Source: a virus (lineage: Duplodnaviria; Caudoviricetes). Taken from it: a stretch of 62,289 nucleotides of DNA. The notes below the pieces were generated by a model. It worked only from the letters and a program-made list of their open reading frames with translations, had not been told where the DNA came from and did no database searches. The stretch's first letter is position 1. Each line of letters begins with the position of its first letter. A program made the position numbers and the translations under genes. The stretch covers positions 1-62,289 of IMG/VR virus record IMGVR_UViG_3300025654_000009; one strand, 5' to 3'. This document shows positions 28,113-36,151 of this stretch, piece by piece.

Positions 28113-28418
28113 TTTGGTTTTTATGGGAGCGTTTCCGCTCCCTGGATTATATTATTTTAATAAGTTTAAAAGCATTTTTAAGGTCTTAATTTCGTCTTCT
28201 AAATTACTAACAAGGTCAAAAACGCCGCTAGCTTCTAAATTTTTTGCGGTAAAATCTTCGGTAATCGCTTTTTCTGTTGGGTTGCCGAAATCAACTTGAT
28301 TTTTAATCTCTTGAGCGTCAATTTTAATGTTGTTTAATTGTTTTAAAACTTCGCTTTTTACTTTTACTTGTATTGAATGCATAATTTTGGTTTTTATGGG
28401 AGGCTTTACGCCTCCCTG
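28113..28418 (-). repeat. Two related intergenic hairpin-leader elements (28113-28144, 28386-28418)
   Basis: Minus strand CAGGGAG-stem/loop-CTCCCATAAAAACCAAA directly before successive start codons. Confidence 0.8.
28152..28382 (-). CDS. Early hypothetical protein
   Basis: 76-aa ORF between the two hairpin elements. Confidence 0.65.
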   Translation of the reverse strand: MHSIQVKVKSEVLKQLNNIKIDAQEIKNQVDFGNPTEKAITEDFTAKNLEASGVFDLVSNLEDEIKTLKMLLNLLK

Positions 28419-28428
28419 TTAATTTATT

Positions 28429-28677
28429 TTAGTTTTTTGATGATCTACCTTCGTTGAATATTGACCAATACGCCAACTGTATTTGCTCTATGGTCTCTAT
28501 CTTCATGTTTGAAAGTACGGTTTCCGGATTTGATCCCAATCCATTTACCCCATAATCTTTATACATTGATAGCCAGTTGTATTGCGTATTGAAATCAAAT
28601 GTATATGTACACAGTTTACCTTTGTTCATCTCGGTTTCGTTTGCGATTAATAATAATAAGTCTGTTAGCGTTTTCAT
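28429..28677 (-). CDS. First early gene, hypothetical
   Basis: Start reassigned to MKTLTDLL, downstream of a promoter box. Confidence 0.65.
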   Translation of the reverse strand: MKTLTDLLLLIANETEMNKGKLCTYTFDFNTQYNWLSMYKDYGVNGLGSNPETVLSNMKIETIEQIQLAYWSIFNEGRSSKN

Positions 28678-28729
28678 AATTAGTTGTCTTTTAGGTTTAA
28701 TATATTTGTTGTTGGCCTTATTGCCGTTA

Positions 28730-28737
28730 CAAATATA
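28730..28737 (-). promoter_or_regulatory. Early promoter -7 element TATATTTG
   Basis: Minus-strand TAnnTTTG at the head of the leftward arm. Confidence 0.6.
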
Positions 28738-29007
28738 CAATACAAAACAAGTATAAAACAAACGAAAAGCAAAGATATTTTATAATTTGTTGTATATCAG
28801 TAAGTTACAAACGTTATATATATTCATTCTAAATAAAAAATAGCGTTTTTTTGGATCTTTAATATGTATAAAAGTTAAAGTATATTTATTTTCAAGGCAT
28901 GGTTAACCTTGTATTTGTGTTTGTGTAAAAAACAAATTAAGGTTTATATTGTTTCTATATACAACAGAAACGATCACGTTTGTTTCTGTTTATATTGCTG
29001 CCAGGGT

Positions 29008-29073
29008 GCAGCGGTTAACGTGACGTGATAGCCTAGGGAGCGCAGCGGTTAACGTGACGTGATGGCCTAGGGA
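29008..29073. repeat. Tandem 32-bp GC-rich direct repeat (period 34)
   Basis: GCAGCGGTTAACGTGACGTGAT(A/G)GCCTAGGGA at 29008 and 29042. Confidence 0.95.
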
Positions 29074-29248
29074 TCAACATGGGGCTGGGGTATGGGGCTG
29101 GCTGGATCAAAAAGCTAAAAAAATCCTGGGATAAAAAAATGGTTTTAATTGCACCCCCCCATCGATTTTAAAGATTACTTTTTATTATCAATTGTTGTCG
29201 TATATTATATTATTACCCAGAGCCTCTATATATATAATATATATTTTG

Positions 29249-29256
29249 TATATTTG
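29249..29256 (+). promoter_or_regulatory. -7 promoter element TATATTTG
   Basis: TAnnTTTG immediately upstream of ATG 29261 (possibly leaderless). Confidence 0.55.
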
Positions 29257-29260
29257 CCTA

Positions 29261-29407
29261 ATGGAGAATTGGGAATTAGAATTACAGAACAGACTTTCTA
29301 TAGGACTAGCTGTAGGTTGGAGTCTTTTTAATAAAGACGATGATTATGATTATGGAGAGTTCGTACTTTATTTAGGAATAATAAGTTTACATTTTAAATG
29401 GCAATAA
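29261..29407 (+). CDS. Small hypothetical protein (48 aa)
   Basis: MENWELELQNRL...; start reassigned from 29192. Confidence 0.6.
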   Translation: MENWELELQNRLSIGLAVGWSLFNKDDDYDYGEFVLYLGIISLHFKWQ

Positions 29408-29408
29408 T

Positions 29409-29615
29409 ATGGATAGTAAAAGACCAATAATGAAAGAGTATATGTCGAGTCGTAACAAGCATGAGCTTGATGGGCATGGTGACTATTACGAAATGGGTAT
29501 TAAAAAACTAGCAAGTTTTAAAAATGCTAAACATCGTGCTAAGAAGATTAGTATGATTGCAGATGGAATTGAATTAGCTGAGGCTAAGAAAAATTTCTTC
29601 AGTATATATAAATAA
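29409..29615 (+). CDS. Hypothetical protein
   Basis: 68-aa ORF. Confidence 0.65.
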   Translation: MDSKRPIMKEYMSSRNKHELDGHGDYYEMGIKKLASFKNAKHRAKKISMIADGIELAEAKKNFFSIYK

Positions 29616-29648
29616 TTTTCCCACAATTAGATTTGTGTTTCTCAGGAG

Positions 29649-29680
29649 AAAGGGTATAACTTATGTTTGCCCTTTTTTTT
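29649..29680 (+). terminator. Intrinsic terminator
   Basis: AAAGGGTATAAC-TTAT-GTTTGCCCTTTTTTTT. Confidence 0.7.
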
Positions 29681-29689
29681 GTGGTAATA

Positions 29690-29869
29690 TGTCGATTTTA
29701 TGTCGATTTCGTGTCGATTTTGACTTTCGTTAAACTCTTACTGTCATTGGGTTTAATTAACTTTGTGTCGATTATGTCGATTTTTTACTAACTTAACAGG
29801 GAAAAGAAAATATATATTAATATAAAACACTATATATATATAGGGAAAAATAAAATCGACATACGACAT
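29690..29869. repeat. TGTCGA iteron cluster with AT-rich core (putative replication origin)
   Basis: TGTCGA at 29690, 29701, 29712, 29766 and 29775; inverted TCGACA at 29856 and CGACA at 29864; TA-repeat core between. Confidence 0.75.
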
Positions 29870-29884
29870 GTTATATTATTATTG

Positions 29885-29892
29885 TATATTTG
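29885..29892 (+). promoter_or_regulatory. -7 promoter element TATATTTG for the groEL operon
   Basis: TAnnTTTG 23 nt upstream of the groEL ATG. Confidence 0.6.
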
Positions 29893-29915
29893 CAATAATC
29901 TAATTAAATGAAAAT

Positions 29916-31487
29916 ATGAATCCAAAAGAATTATCCTTCGATCAGGAGGGGAGAGACAAATTATTAAGCGGAATCACTACAATTTCCAGAGCAGTAAAAA
30001 GTACATTAGGGCCACTTGGCAAGACAGTACTAATTGAATCACAGAATCATACAGGAGGAATTACCATTACTAAGGATGGGGTTACGGTTGCTAAGTCGAT
30101 TGACTTAGAGGACGCTGTAGAGAACTTGGCGATTACTATGATGAAGGAGGCTGCTGATAGAACTGCTACTTCTGCAGGAGATGGAACAACAACTGCGATT
30201 GTATTAACTGAGGCTATTGTAAAAGAGGGTATGCGATTAATACAGCGTAATCCAGAGATTAACACTACACAGTTAATTAGAGATATTAAAGTTGTTTCTG
30301 ATAATGTAATCAAGGAGTTAGATTTATCTTCAAAAAAAGTTACAGGTAAAACGTTACAGCATGTTGCTAGTATTTCTGCTAACAATGATAATGTAATAGG
30401 AAAAATGATTGCTAGTGCTTATAAGGAATTAGGTAAAGACGGAGTACTTACGGTTGAGAACAGCAAGACAGACAAAACATACTACGAGGTAACTAAAGGA
30501 ATTAAGATTGACAGGGGATATTCTTCAAAGCTGTTTATTAATAATCACAGAAACGATGAATGTATTTTAGATGATGTTTATGTTTTAATGACAGACATGG
30601 AGATTACTAATATACTTCAGATTGAAAATATATTAAAGCCAATAATAAATCAAAACAAGAAGCTTTTAATTATAGGAAATTGTTCAGGTAATGTAACAAA
30701 TACTTTAGCAGCGAATGTTATTCAAAATAACCTAAAGCTATGCAATATTATTCCTCCATCTTTTGGATACAAGACAAATGAATTGATGAGTGATATTGCG
30801 TTGGCTATAGGGGCAAAATATTTCAGCGAGTCACAGGGAGATAATATTGGGATGTTGTCTATGGAGGACTTAGGTCATGCAGACAAAATTATTGTAGGTC
30901 AGAATTCTACAGTAATTATGAATAATGATTCGAGTAGTAAAGAGGCTGTAACTAGAATTGAAGAATTAAAGGTTCAGAAGGAAAACAATTCAGACAAAAG
31001 AGAAAGAGATTTTATTTCTGAAAGAATTGCTTTATTATCTGGAGCTGTAGGAATAATTTATGTAGGAGCTGATTCTGATATAGAGCAGAAAGAAAAATAT
31101 GATCGAGTAGAGGATTCGGTATGTGCTGTTAAGTCTGCGATTGAGGAAGGGATACTTCCAGGCGGAGGGTTAGCTTTGTTGCGTTGTGCTGAACTGTTAG
31201 CGGATGGGAATGCTAATGATGTTATGTATGGAGCTTTGATATCACCATTAGAACAAATACTTACTAATGCAGGTGAAAACATAAAAGAAATAAGAGACAG
31301 GATATGTTCTTGTGCAAGTGTTCCTTACAATTTTGGATATGATGTTCAAAACAAAGTGTTTGGGGATATGTATAAGATGGGTGTTATAGATCCTGCTAAG
31401 GTTACAAAGAATGCATTAAAGAATGCAGTAAGTGTAGCGACAACAATATTAAGTACAAACGCAATAGTAACAATGAAAAGAAAATAA
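29916..31487 (+). CDS. groEL: Phage-encoded chaperonin GroEL (Cpn60)
   Basis: TLGP.G, ITKDGVTVAK, AGDGTTTA, ISANND, EEGILPGGG, GVIDPAKVT; no GGM tail. Confidence 0.97.
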   Translation: MNPKELSFDQEGRDKLLSGITTISRAVKSTLGPLGKTVLIESQNHTGGITITKDGVTVAKSIDLEDAVENLAITMMKEAADRTATSAGDGTTTAIVLTEAIVKEGMRLIQRNPEINTTQLIRDIKVVSDNVIKELDLSSKKVTGKTLQHVASISANNDNVIGKMIASAYKELGKDGVLTVENSKTDKTYYEVTKGIKIDRGYSSKLFINNHRNDECILDDVYVLMTDMEITNILQIENILKPIINQNKKLLIIGNCSGNVTNTLAANVIQNNLKLCNIIPPSFGYKTNELMSDIALAIGAKYFSESQGDNIGMLSMEDLGHADKIIVGQNSTVIMNNDSSSKEAVTRIEELKVQKENNSDKRERDFISERIALLSGAVGIIYVGADSDIEQKEKYDRVEDSVCAVKSAIEEGILPGGGLALLRCAELLADGNANDVMYGALISPLEQILTNAGENIKEIRDRICSCASVPYNFGYDVQNKVFGDMYKMGVIDPAKVTKNALKNAVSVATTILSTNAIVTMKRK

Positions 31488-31489
31488 AT

Positions 31490-31636
31490 ATGGAAAATGT
31501 ATTAATAGAAAGAAGAGCTGATAAAATAGCAGACAGTTTTGCAGGAAAATTATTTAAAGAAGGAGAAATCTCTGTTCAATCTGCAAATTCAGTTTACTTA
31601 AATGTTAAAAAAATTTTAATGGAAAATTTAAAGTGA
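31490..31636 (+). CDS. Small hypothetical protein (48 aa) between groEL and groES
   Basis: Hand-translated MENVLIERRADKIADSFAGKLFKEGE... Confidence 0.5.
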   Translation: MENVLIERRADKIADSFAGKLFKEGEISVQSANSVYLNVKKILMENLK

Positions 31637-31932
31637 TTAACAAAGAGTGGTTATGGATGCAAAAATTAAATAATATGAAAGCAGTAGGTAAGTACATTGT
31701 AATTACAGAAATAATTGAACAGCACAAAACTGAGTCAGGAATATTACTAACTTCAGACGATAGCAATCAACTAAGATACAAAAAAGGAATTATAGTTGTT
31801 CCAGGCACAGATGTAAGTGTTGTTAAAAAAGATGACCTTGTATTCTATGATAAGAACGCAGGTCACAAAATGATGTTAAATGAAGAGATGGTTACAATTA
31901 TATCTGAGAGAGATATTGTAGTAGTATTGTAA
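31633..31932 (+). CDS. groES: Co-chaperonin GroES (Cpn10)
   Basis: MKAVGKYIVI, KTESGILL mobile loop, VKKDDLVFY, IISERDIV; core starts at ATG 31675. Confidence 0.9.
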   Translation: MINKEWLWMQKLNNMKAVGKYIVITEIIEQHKTESGILLTSDDSNQLRYKKGIIVVPGTDVSVVKKDDLVFYDKNAGHKMMLNEEMVTIISERDIVVVL

Positions 31933-31953
31933 TTTAGTTTACAAAAGAAAATT

Positions 31954-31995
31954 AATCTGTAAAGAAAATTAAAAAATCTTTACAGATTTTTTTTT
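31954..31995. terminator. Hairpin between convergent genes (possibly bidirectional terminator)
   Basis: AATCTGTAAAGA/TCTTTACAGATT 12-bp inverted repeat followed by a T run. Confidence 0.55.
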
Positions 31996-32426
31996 ATCTC
32001 TTGATTCATTTTTTTAATTATTTTACGATAAACTTTTTTTGAATAATCCGCATTTGGGTCGAATATAGGATTAGCTCTTCTGTGTTCTGATACCGTTTCT
32101 TCCATGTTTAACTTTTTATAAATTGAAAGGCACATTCTTTTCCCAGCATAGCCAACTTCATACAGTTTACCTTCTTTGCCTTTTCTTTCTCTCCAGACAA
32201 CAATCCATTTTTCTTTAAGCAATCGATCAAAGCGTCTTGCGTCCCAAGACATTATTTCCATATATTCTTCAAAATCTTTTCGTTTAAAAAAACCTTCGCT
32301 ATATAAGAACAAAATCATTTCAATTTCAGCAACACCTAAGCCGTACTTGGTTTTAGCCCATTGCCTTACTACTTTCCAATACTTTAAATAATCATGTTTA
32401 GGTGTGTGTGGTGTTCTAATTTTCAT
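31980..32426 (-). CDS. Putative winged-helix transcription regulator
   Basis: YGLGVAEIEMILFLY...FDRLLKEKWI...LYEVGYAGK, MarR-like pattern; only minus gene in the plus arm. Confidence 0.6.
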   Translation of the reverse strand: MKIRTPHTPKHDYLKYWKVVRQWAKTKYGLGVAEIEMILFLYSEGFFKRKDFEEYMEIMSWDARRFDRLLKEKWIVVWRERKGKEGKLYEVGYAGKRMCLSIYKKLNMEETVSEHRRANPIFDPNADYSKKVYRKIIKKMNQEIKKNL

Positions 32427-32439
32427 TTAATTAAATTTG

Positions 32440-32447
32440 TATCTTTG
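32440..32447 (+). promoter_or_regulatory. -7 promoter element TATCTTTG
   Basis: TAnnTTTG upstream of ATG 32466, divergent from the wHTH gene. Confidence 0.6.
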
Positions 32448-32465
32448 CAATATACAAATATTATT

Positions 32466-32777
32466 ATGGCGTTAAGCAGAACTGCTAAATTTTACAGAGA
32501 TAACCCTGATGCAAGAAAAAAACATCGTGATTATCAGGCTAAATACAATAAAAAAAGATCTTCAATAAAGAAAAGAGTTGCAGATAATAGGGAGAATAGA
32601 GAAAAAGGGACTTATGGTAATGGAGATAAATTAGATGTTTCCCACAAAAAAGGTCGTATTGTGTTAGAAGCTCAATCTAAAAACAGAGGAAGTAAGTCTA
32701 ACACTCCTGGAGACAAGAGAGCTAGAGGTAAAAAAGGAGCAGGTAGAAAAAACAAAGGTAATACAGGAGGTAAATAA
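32466..32777 (+). CDS. Small basic protein, degenerate HNH-like
   Basis: MALSRTAKFY...GDKLDVSHKKG...SKNRG; start reassigned. Confidence 0.6.
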   Translation: MALSRTAKFYRDNPDARKKHRDYQAKYNKKRSSIKKRVADNRENREKGTYGNGDKLDVSHKKGRIVLEAQSKNRGSKSNTPGDKRARGKKGAGRKNKGNTGGK

Positions 32778-32935
32778 TGGGATTAGGAGCAGCTATAGGA
32801 AACGGAATACCGTTTCAAGACAAAAGAAACGAAGATATACCAGAAATCTGTTTTATAATAACAGAGCTTGATGATTTTTGCGAACAAGAAACAGTAATTG
32901 GAGATAGTAGAATGATTCCAGAATTATGTGCATAA
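32777..32935 (+). CDS. Small hypothetical protein (52 aa)
   Basis: Hand-translated MGLGAAIGNGIPF...; TAATG coupling. Confidence 0.6.
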   Translation: MGLGAAIGNGIPFQDKRNEDIPEICFIITELDDFCEQETVIGDSRMIPELCA

Positions 32936-32947
32936 AATAAATAAAAA

Positions 32948-33709
32948 ATGGCAAATATAAAATTTTCACAATTTGAATTAAAAACAGACCAAGCGGATGT
33001 AGATTTCTTGGTAGGATACACAGGAACAGAAAATGTTCAAATTGCATCCGAAAAGGTAGGTTTAAGATATGACTTAACAGGAGCAGTTAGCGGTACAGAT
33101 GATTATGCAATAACATTAACAGATAACAATGGTGTTGTAGATAATGTAACACTTGAAGCAGGTGAAAACATTGTTTTAACAGACATGGGTTCTAATACAG
33201 TAAAAGTTGACACAAAAAGAGGGTCGATATATACTGTAACAGGTACTTTTCAAAACATGTTTGGAGGAAGTCCAGGTATTTTTGGAGATACATTAGAATT
33301 TGGAGTTTCTTCAGCACCAGCAGGTGATCATTCATCTGTATTAATCATCCCAGTTGCAGCTAAATTAATTGGAGTAAGCTATAAATGGATATCTGATACT
33401 GGTGTAACAGGAATTCCAGCAGACGCATTATACGAAATACAAGTTAGAGCTATGACAACTCCAAGTGGGTCTACATCACTAACTTCAAACTATGCAGGTG
33501 CTGGTACAATTATCGCAGGTCTTAATTTAACAGTTGCAGATAATGGTAGTTTTCCATTTAAAAGCGCTACATCACCTGTAGGAGGATATTTTGGTAATTT
33601 TGCAGCTGGAACAATTATTAACGTATCAGGAGTAGAGGCAGCAGGGGTAATTCCAACAAGTAATGCTGAAATGGAGGTTGTTCTTACTTTTGAAACAACA
33701 ACATTCTAA
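32948..33709 (+). CDS. Putative virion structural/fibre-like protein
   Basis: 253 aa, Gly/Thr/Ser-rich beta composition. Confidence 0.55.
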   Translation: MANIKFSQFELKTDQADVDFLVGYTGTENVQIASEKVGLRYDLTGAVSGTDDYAITLTDNNGVVDNVTLEAGENIVLTDMGSNTVKVDTKRGSIYTVTGTFQNMFGGSPGIFGDTLEFGVSSAPAGDHSSVLIIPVAAKLIGVSYKWISDTGVTGIPADALYEIQVRAMTTPSGSTSLTSNYAGAGTIIAGLNLTVADNGSFPFKSATSPVGGYFGNFAAGTIINVSGVEAAGVIPTSNAEMEVVLTFETTTF

Positions 33710-33711
33710 AA

Positions 33712-33831
33712 ATGGCATATAAACAGAAGTGTTGGACAGGATATGTTGCTAAAGGAACTAAGAAATCTCCAAGCAGAAAAAAAACCGCAAGCGGTAAAAT
33801 TAAACGAGTAAATAACTGTGTAAAAAAATAA
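33712..33831 (+). CDS. 39-aa basic protein with CWxGY...NCV motif
   Basis: MAYKQKCWTGYVAKGTKKSPSRKKTASGKIKRVNNCVKK. Confidence 0.7.
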   Translation: MAYKQKCWTGYVAKGTKKSPSRKKTASGKIKRVNNCVKK

Positions 33832-33846
33832 TAAATAATTATAGCA

Positions 33847-33972
33847 ATGGAAAAAAAATTAAAACCTTATTTTACAGCAGCTGTAAAAAGTGGTGTAAAG
33901 CCAGAAAAAAATGGGTTACCTTCAGATAAACAAATAAAAAAAAGTGTTTACGCTAAATGCGGTAAAAAATAA
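33847..33972 (+). CDS. 41-aa basic protein
   Basis: MEKKLKPYFTAAVKSGVKPEKNGLPSDKQIKKSVYAKCGKK. Confidence 0.55.
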   Translation: MEKKLKPYFTAAVKSGVKPEKNGLPSDKQIKKSVYAKCGKK

Positions 33973-33976
33973 AATT

Positions 33977-34267
33977 ATGGGATGTATAGGAAAAAAAGGA
34001 CAAGCATTAATTGATTGCAGAAAAGGATTAAAATTTACTTTATTAGGACAGGCAAGACAAGCTAATAATATAGCAAATAATGTTGATAGTAGAACTCCTG
34101 CTACTAAAAGAGATTCTATTCAGTACAGAAAAGGATTTTCATTAGGATTAAGAGGATTAAAACCTTCTAAACAAAGACTAAAGTACGAAGGAGAGCCTGA
34201 AATGGAAAAAATGGGTAGATGGGAAGGTCAAAACTCACCTTTAAGAAAAAAGAAAGAAAAAAAATAA
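33977..34267 (+). CDS. Small basic protein
   Basis: MGCIGKKGQ...; start reassigned. Confidence 0.6.
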   Translation: MGCIGKKGQALIDCRKGLKFTLLGQARQANNIANNVDSRTPATKRDSIQYRKGFSLGLRGLKPSKQRLKYEGEPEMEKMGRWEGQNSPLRKKKEKK

Positions 34268-34521
34268 TGGCAACACCGAGGAAAGGTAAAGCTAAAGTAA
34301 AAATTACTGCAAGCGGTAAAAAGGTAAGTTACGGACAAGCAGGTAGTGCTAAGGGTGGAGGCCCAAGAGTAAGACCTGGTACATCTAAAGGTGATAGCTA
34401 TTGTGCTAGGAGTTTAGGAATTAAAAAAAGACTTTCTGCTAAAAAAAGAAACGATCCTAATACTCCAAACAACTTATCTCGAAAGAGATGGAAGTGTTCA
34501 GGAGCTAAATCAAGAAAATAA
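34267..34521 (+). CDS. Small basic protein (SYCARS.G...DP...RWKC motif)
   Basis: MATPRKGKAK...; TAATG coupling. Confidence 0.7.
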   Translation: MATPRKGKAKVKITASGKKVSYGQAGSAKGGGPRVRPGTSKGDSYCARSLGIKKRLSAKKRNDPNTPNNLSRKRWKCSGAKSRK

Positions 34522-34529
34522 AATAGTTG

Positions 34530-34537
34530 TATATTTG
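34530..34537 (+). promoter_or_regulatory. -7 promoter element TATATTTG
   Basis: Intergenic TAnnTTTG before ATG 34554. Confidence 0.55.
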
Positions 34538-34553
34538 TAAAATAAAAAAATAA

Positions 34554-34697
34554 ATGGGAGGAGCTTTTATAAAATTAGGATTGTGGATGCAAAAAGTATG
34601 GTGTAAATTTCAATGTAGTTGGAATTATGCTTTAATGTTTATTACTTTTAAAGTAGTCGATAGTTGTCCAAATAAATTATGTACTTGCAAGAAATGA
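34554..34697 (+). CDS. 47-aa Cys-rich protein
   Basis: MGGAFIKLGLWMQKVWCKFQCSW...CPNKLCTCKK. Confidence 0.6.
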   Translation: MGGAFIKLGLWMQKVWCKFQCSWNYALMFITFKVVDSCPNKLCTCKK

Positions 34698-34849
34698 AAT
34701 CAAAAGGATTAGGAGATACAATAGAAAAAATAACAAAGGCAACAGGAGTAAAAGCTGTTGTTGACAAAATAAGTGAGGTTACAAAAAAACCTTGCGGATG
34801 TGGTCAACGAAAAGATAGTTTAAACAGAATGTTTCCTTACAATAAATAA
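34694..34849 (+). CDS. 51-aa protein (GLGDTIEKIT...CGC..RK..LN..FPY motif)
   Basis: Hand-translated; ATGA coupling. Confidence 0.7.
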   Translation: MKSKGLGDTIEKITKATGVKAVVDKISEVTKKPCGCGQRKDSLNRMFPYNK

Positions 34850-34852
34850 AAA

Positions 34853-35110
34853 ATGGCATATCAAAAATTACAAGCAGGTAGGGCAGCAATAGTTGCTCCA
34901 AGTGACACAGATCAAATTCCAAGTGTTACAGGAGGAACTAATAATGGGTGCGCTTTATATATAGGGTTACCTGGAAATATTAGAGTAAAAACTGTAGGTG
35001 GTGATGATGTTACTTTTACAGGAGTTTATGCAGGGCAATTTTTCCCAGTAAATGTATTGCAAGTGTATGACACAGGTACAACAGCAGGAGAAATTGTCGC
35101 ATTATGGTAG
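34853..35110 (+). CDS. Small beta-rich putative structural protein
   Basis: 85-aa ORF. Confidence 0.65.
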   Translation: MAYQKLQAGRAAIVAPSDTDQIPSVTGGTNNGCALYIGLPGNIRVKTVGGDDVTFTGVYAGQFFPVNVLQVYDTGTTAGEIVALW

Positions 35111-35175
35111 GATATACACAAGATAATAGTGCGTTATTAGACTTAGAAGTAAATTATATACTTATAAGAAAATGA
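35104..35175 (+). CDS. 23-aa mini-ORF
   Basis: MVGYTQDNSALLDLEVNYILIRK; overlaps the upstream stop and is ATGA-coupled downstream. Confidence 0.4.
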   Translation: MVGYTQDNSALLDLEVNYILIRK

Positions 35176-35333
35176 TAACTATGCAAGACATAAAAATATA
35201 TGCTTTAAATTTTTTAAGTATTAGCCTGTCTTTTACTGAAATGGAAATGGCGTTAAAATTAATTCTATTAACGGCTTCTATAGTTTATACAGCTCAAAGA
35301 ATATGGATTAATTATAATGAGAAAAATAAATAA
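35172..35333 (+). CDS. Putative small holin/antiholin (53 aa)
   Basis: Two hydrophobic segments, charged C-terminus, overlaps the endolysin start. Confidence 0.55.
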   Translation: MITMQDIKIYALNFLSISLSFTEMEMALKLILLTASIVYTAQRIWINYNEKNK

Positions 35334-35724
35334 AATAATTATTCATTGCGCAGCAACTAATCCAACTATGGATATTAATGCTGCTACTATCAATGAATGG
35401 CACTTAGAAAGAGGGTGGTCAGGTATTGGCTACCATTTTTTTATTAAAAGAGATGGTCAGATCGAACTAGGTAGGCCATTGGAGACCTCTGGAGCGCATA
35501 CAAAAGGAAATAACCGTAATAGTATAGGAATATGTTATGCAGGCGGTGTAGACCTTAAAAATTGCCCAGAAGACAATAGAACAAAAGAACAAAAAGAAAG
35601 TTTTATTTTATTATTAAAAACATTAAAAAATATATTTCCTAACGCAGTTATACATGGACATAGAGATTTTTCCTCTAAAGCATGTCCAAGTTTTGATGCA
35701 ACTAAAGAATACGAATTATTATGA
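35317..35724 (+). CDS. Endolysin, N-acetylmuramoyl-L-alanine amidase (T7 lysozyme-like)
   Basis: IIIHCAAT, GWSGIGYHF, GAH, SIGICYAGG, GHRDF, KACPSF. Confidence 0.95.
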   Translation: MRKINKIIIHCAATNPTMDINAATINEWHLERGWSGIGYHFFIKRDGQIELGRPLETSGAHTKGNNRNSIGICYAGGVDLKNCPEDNRTKEQKESFILLLKTLKNIFPNAVIHGHRDFSSKACPSFDATKEYELL

Positions 35725-36113
35725 AAAAAATATGGGAGTGGCTAAGTGGCAATGTAATTAAAGAAGTTGGAAATGTTCTTGATGAACTTATAACGACAGA
35801 TGAAGAAAGGCTCGTTGCTAAACAAAAAATTCAAGAAATATTAGAGAAAGCAGATACAGAAGCTCAACAAGCAGTTAGTGAACGTTGGAAATATGACATG
35901 CAAAGTGATTCTTTTTTGTCTAAAAATATTAGACCGTTGGTTTTAATATACTTGACTGTTATATTTACTGCATTATGTTTTACTGATGGTAATATAGCTG
36001 ATTTTGTAATAGCTAAAGAATACATACCTATTTTCCAAACATTACTTGTAACAGTATATGGAGCTTATTTTGTTGGAAGAAGTTGGGAGAAAGCTTCAAA
36101 GAAAAATAAATAA
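35721..36113 (+). CDS. Putative holin (3TM/GTA-holin-like)
   Basis: RWKYDM.SDSFLSKNIRP, hydrophobic helices, AYFVGRSWEK. Confidence 0.75.
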   Translation: MKKIWEWLSGNVIKEVGNVLDELITTDEERLVAKQKIQEILEKADTEAQQAVSERWKYDMQSDSFLSKNIRPLVLIYLTVIFTALCFTDGNIADFVIAKEYIPIFQTLLVTVYGAYFVGRSWEKASKKNK

Positions 36114-36120
36114 AATTAAC

Positions 36121-36128
36121 TACCTTTG
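36121..36128 (+). promoter_or_regulatory. -7 promoter element TACCTTTG
   Basis: Intergenic TAnnTTTG heading the fibre operon. Confidence 0.55.
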
Positions 36129-36151
36129 CATAATAACCTTAATTTAATAAA

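Noticed and set aside
28429-28761. Long N-terminal extensions in the ORF track (28761, 29192, 32394, 24771, 25379, 33944, 34219)
   Set aside because: They run through promoter boxes or upstream genes; downstream ATGs with A-rich leaders fit better
29008-29073. Mini CRISPR array
   Set aside because: The two repeats are separated by only 2 nt; no spacers and no cas genes
35172-35183. Lambda S-type dual-start holin (Met1/Met4)
   Set aside because: The extension M-I-T lacks the basic residue that defines the antiholin form; too weak to call
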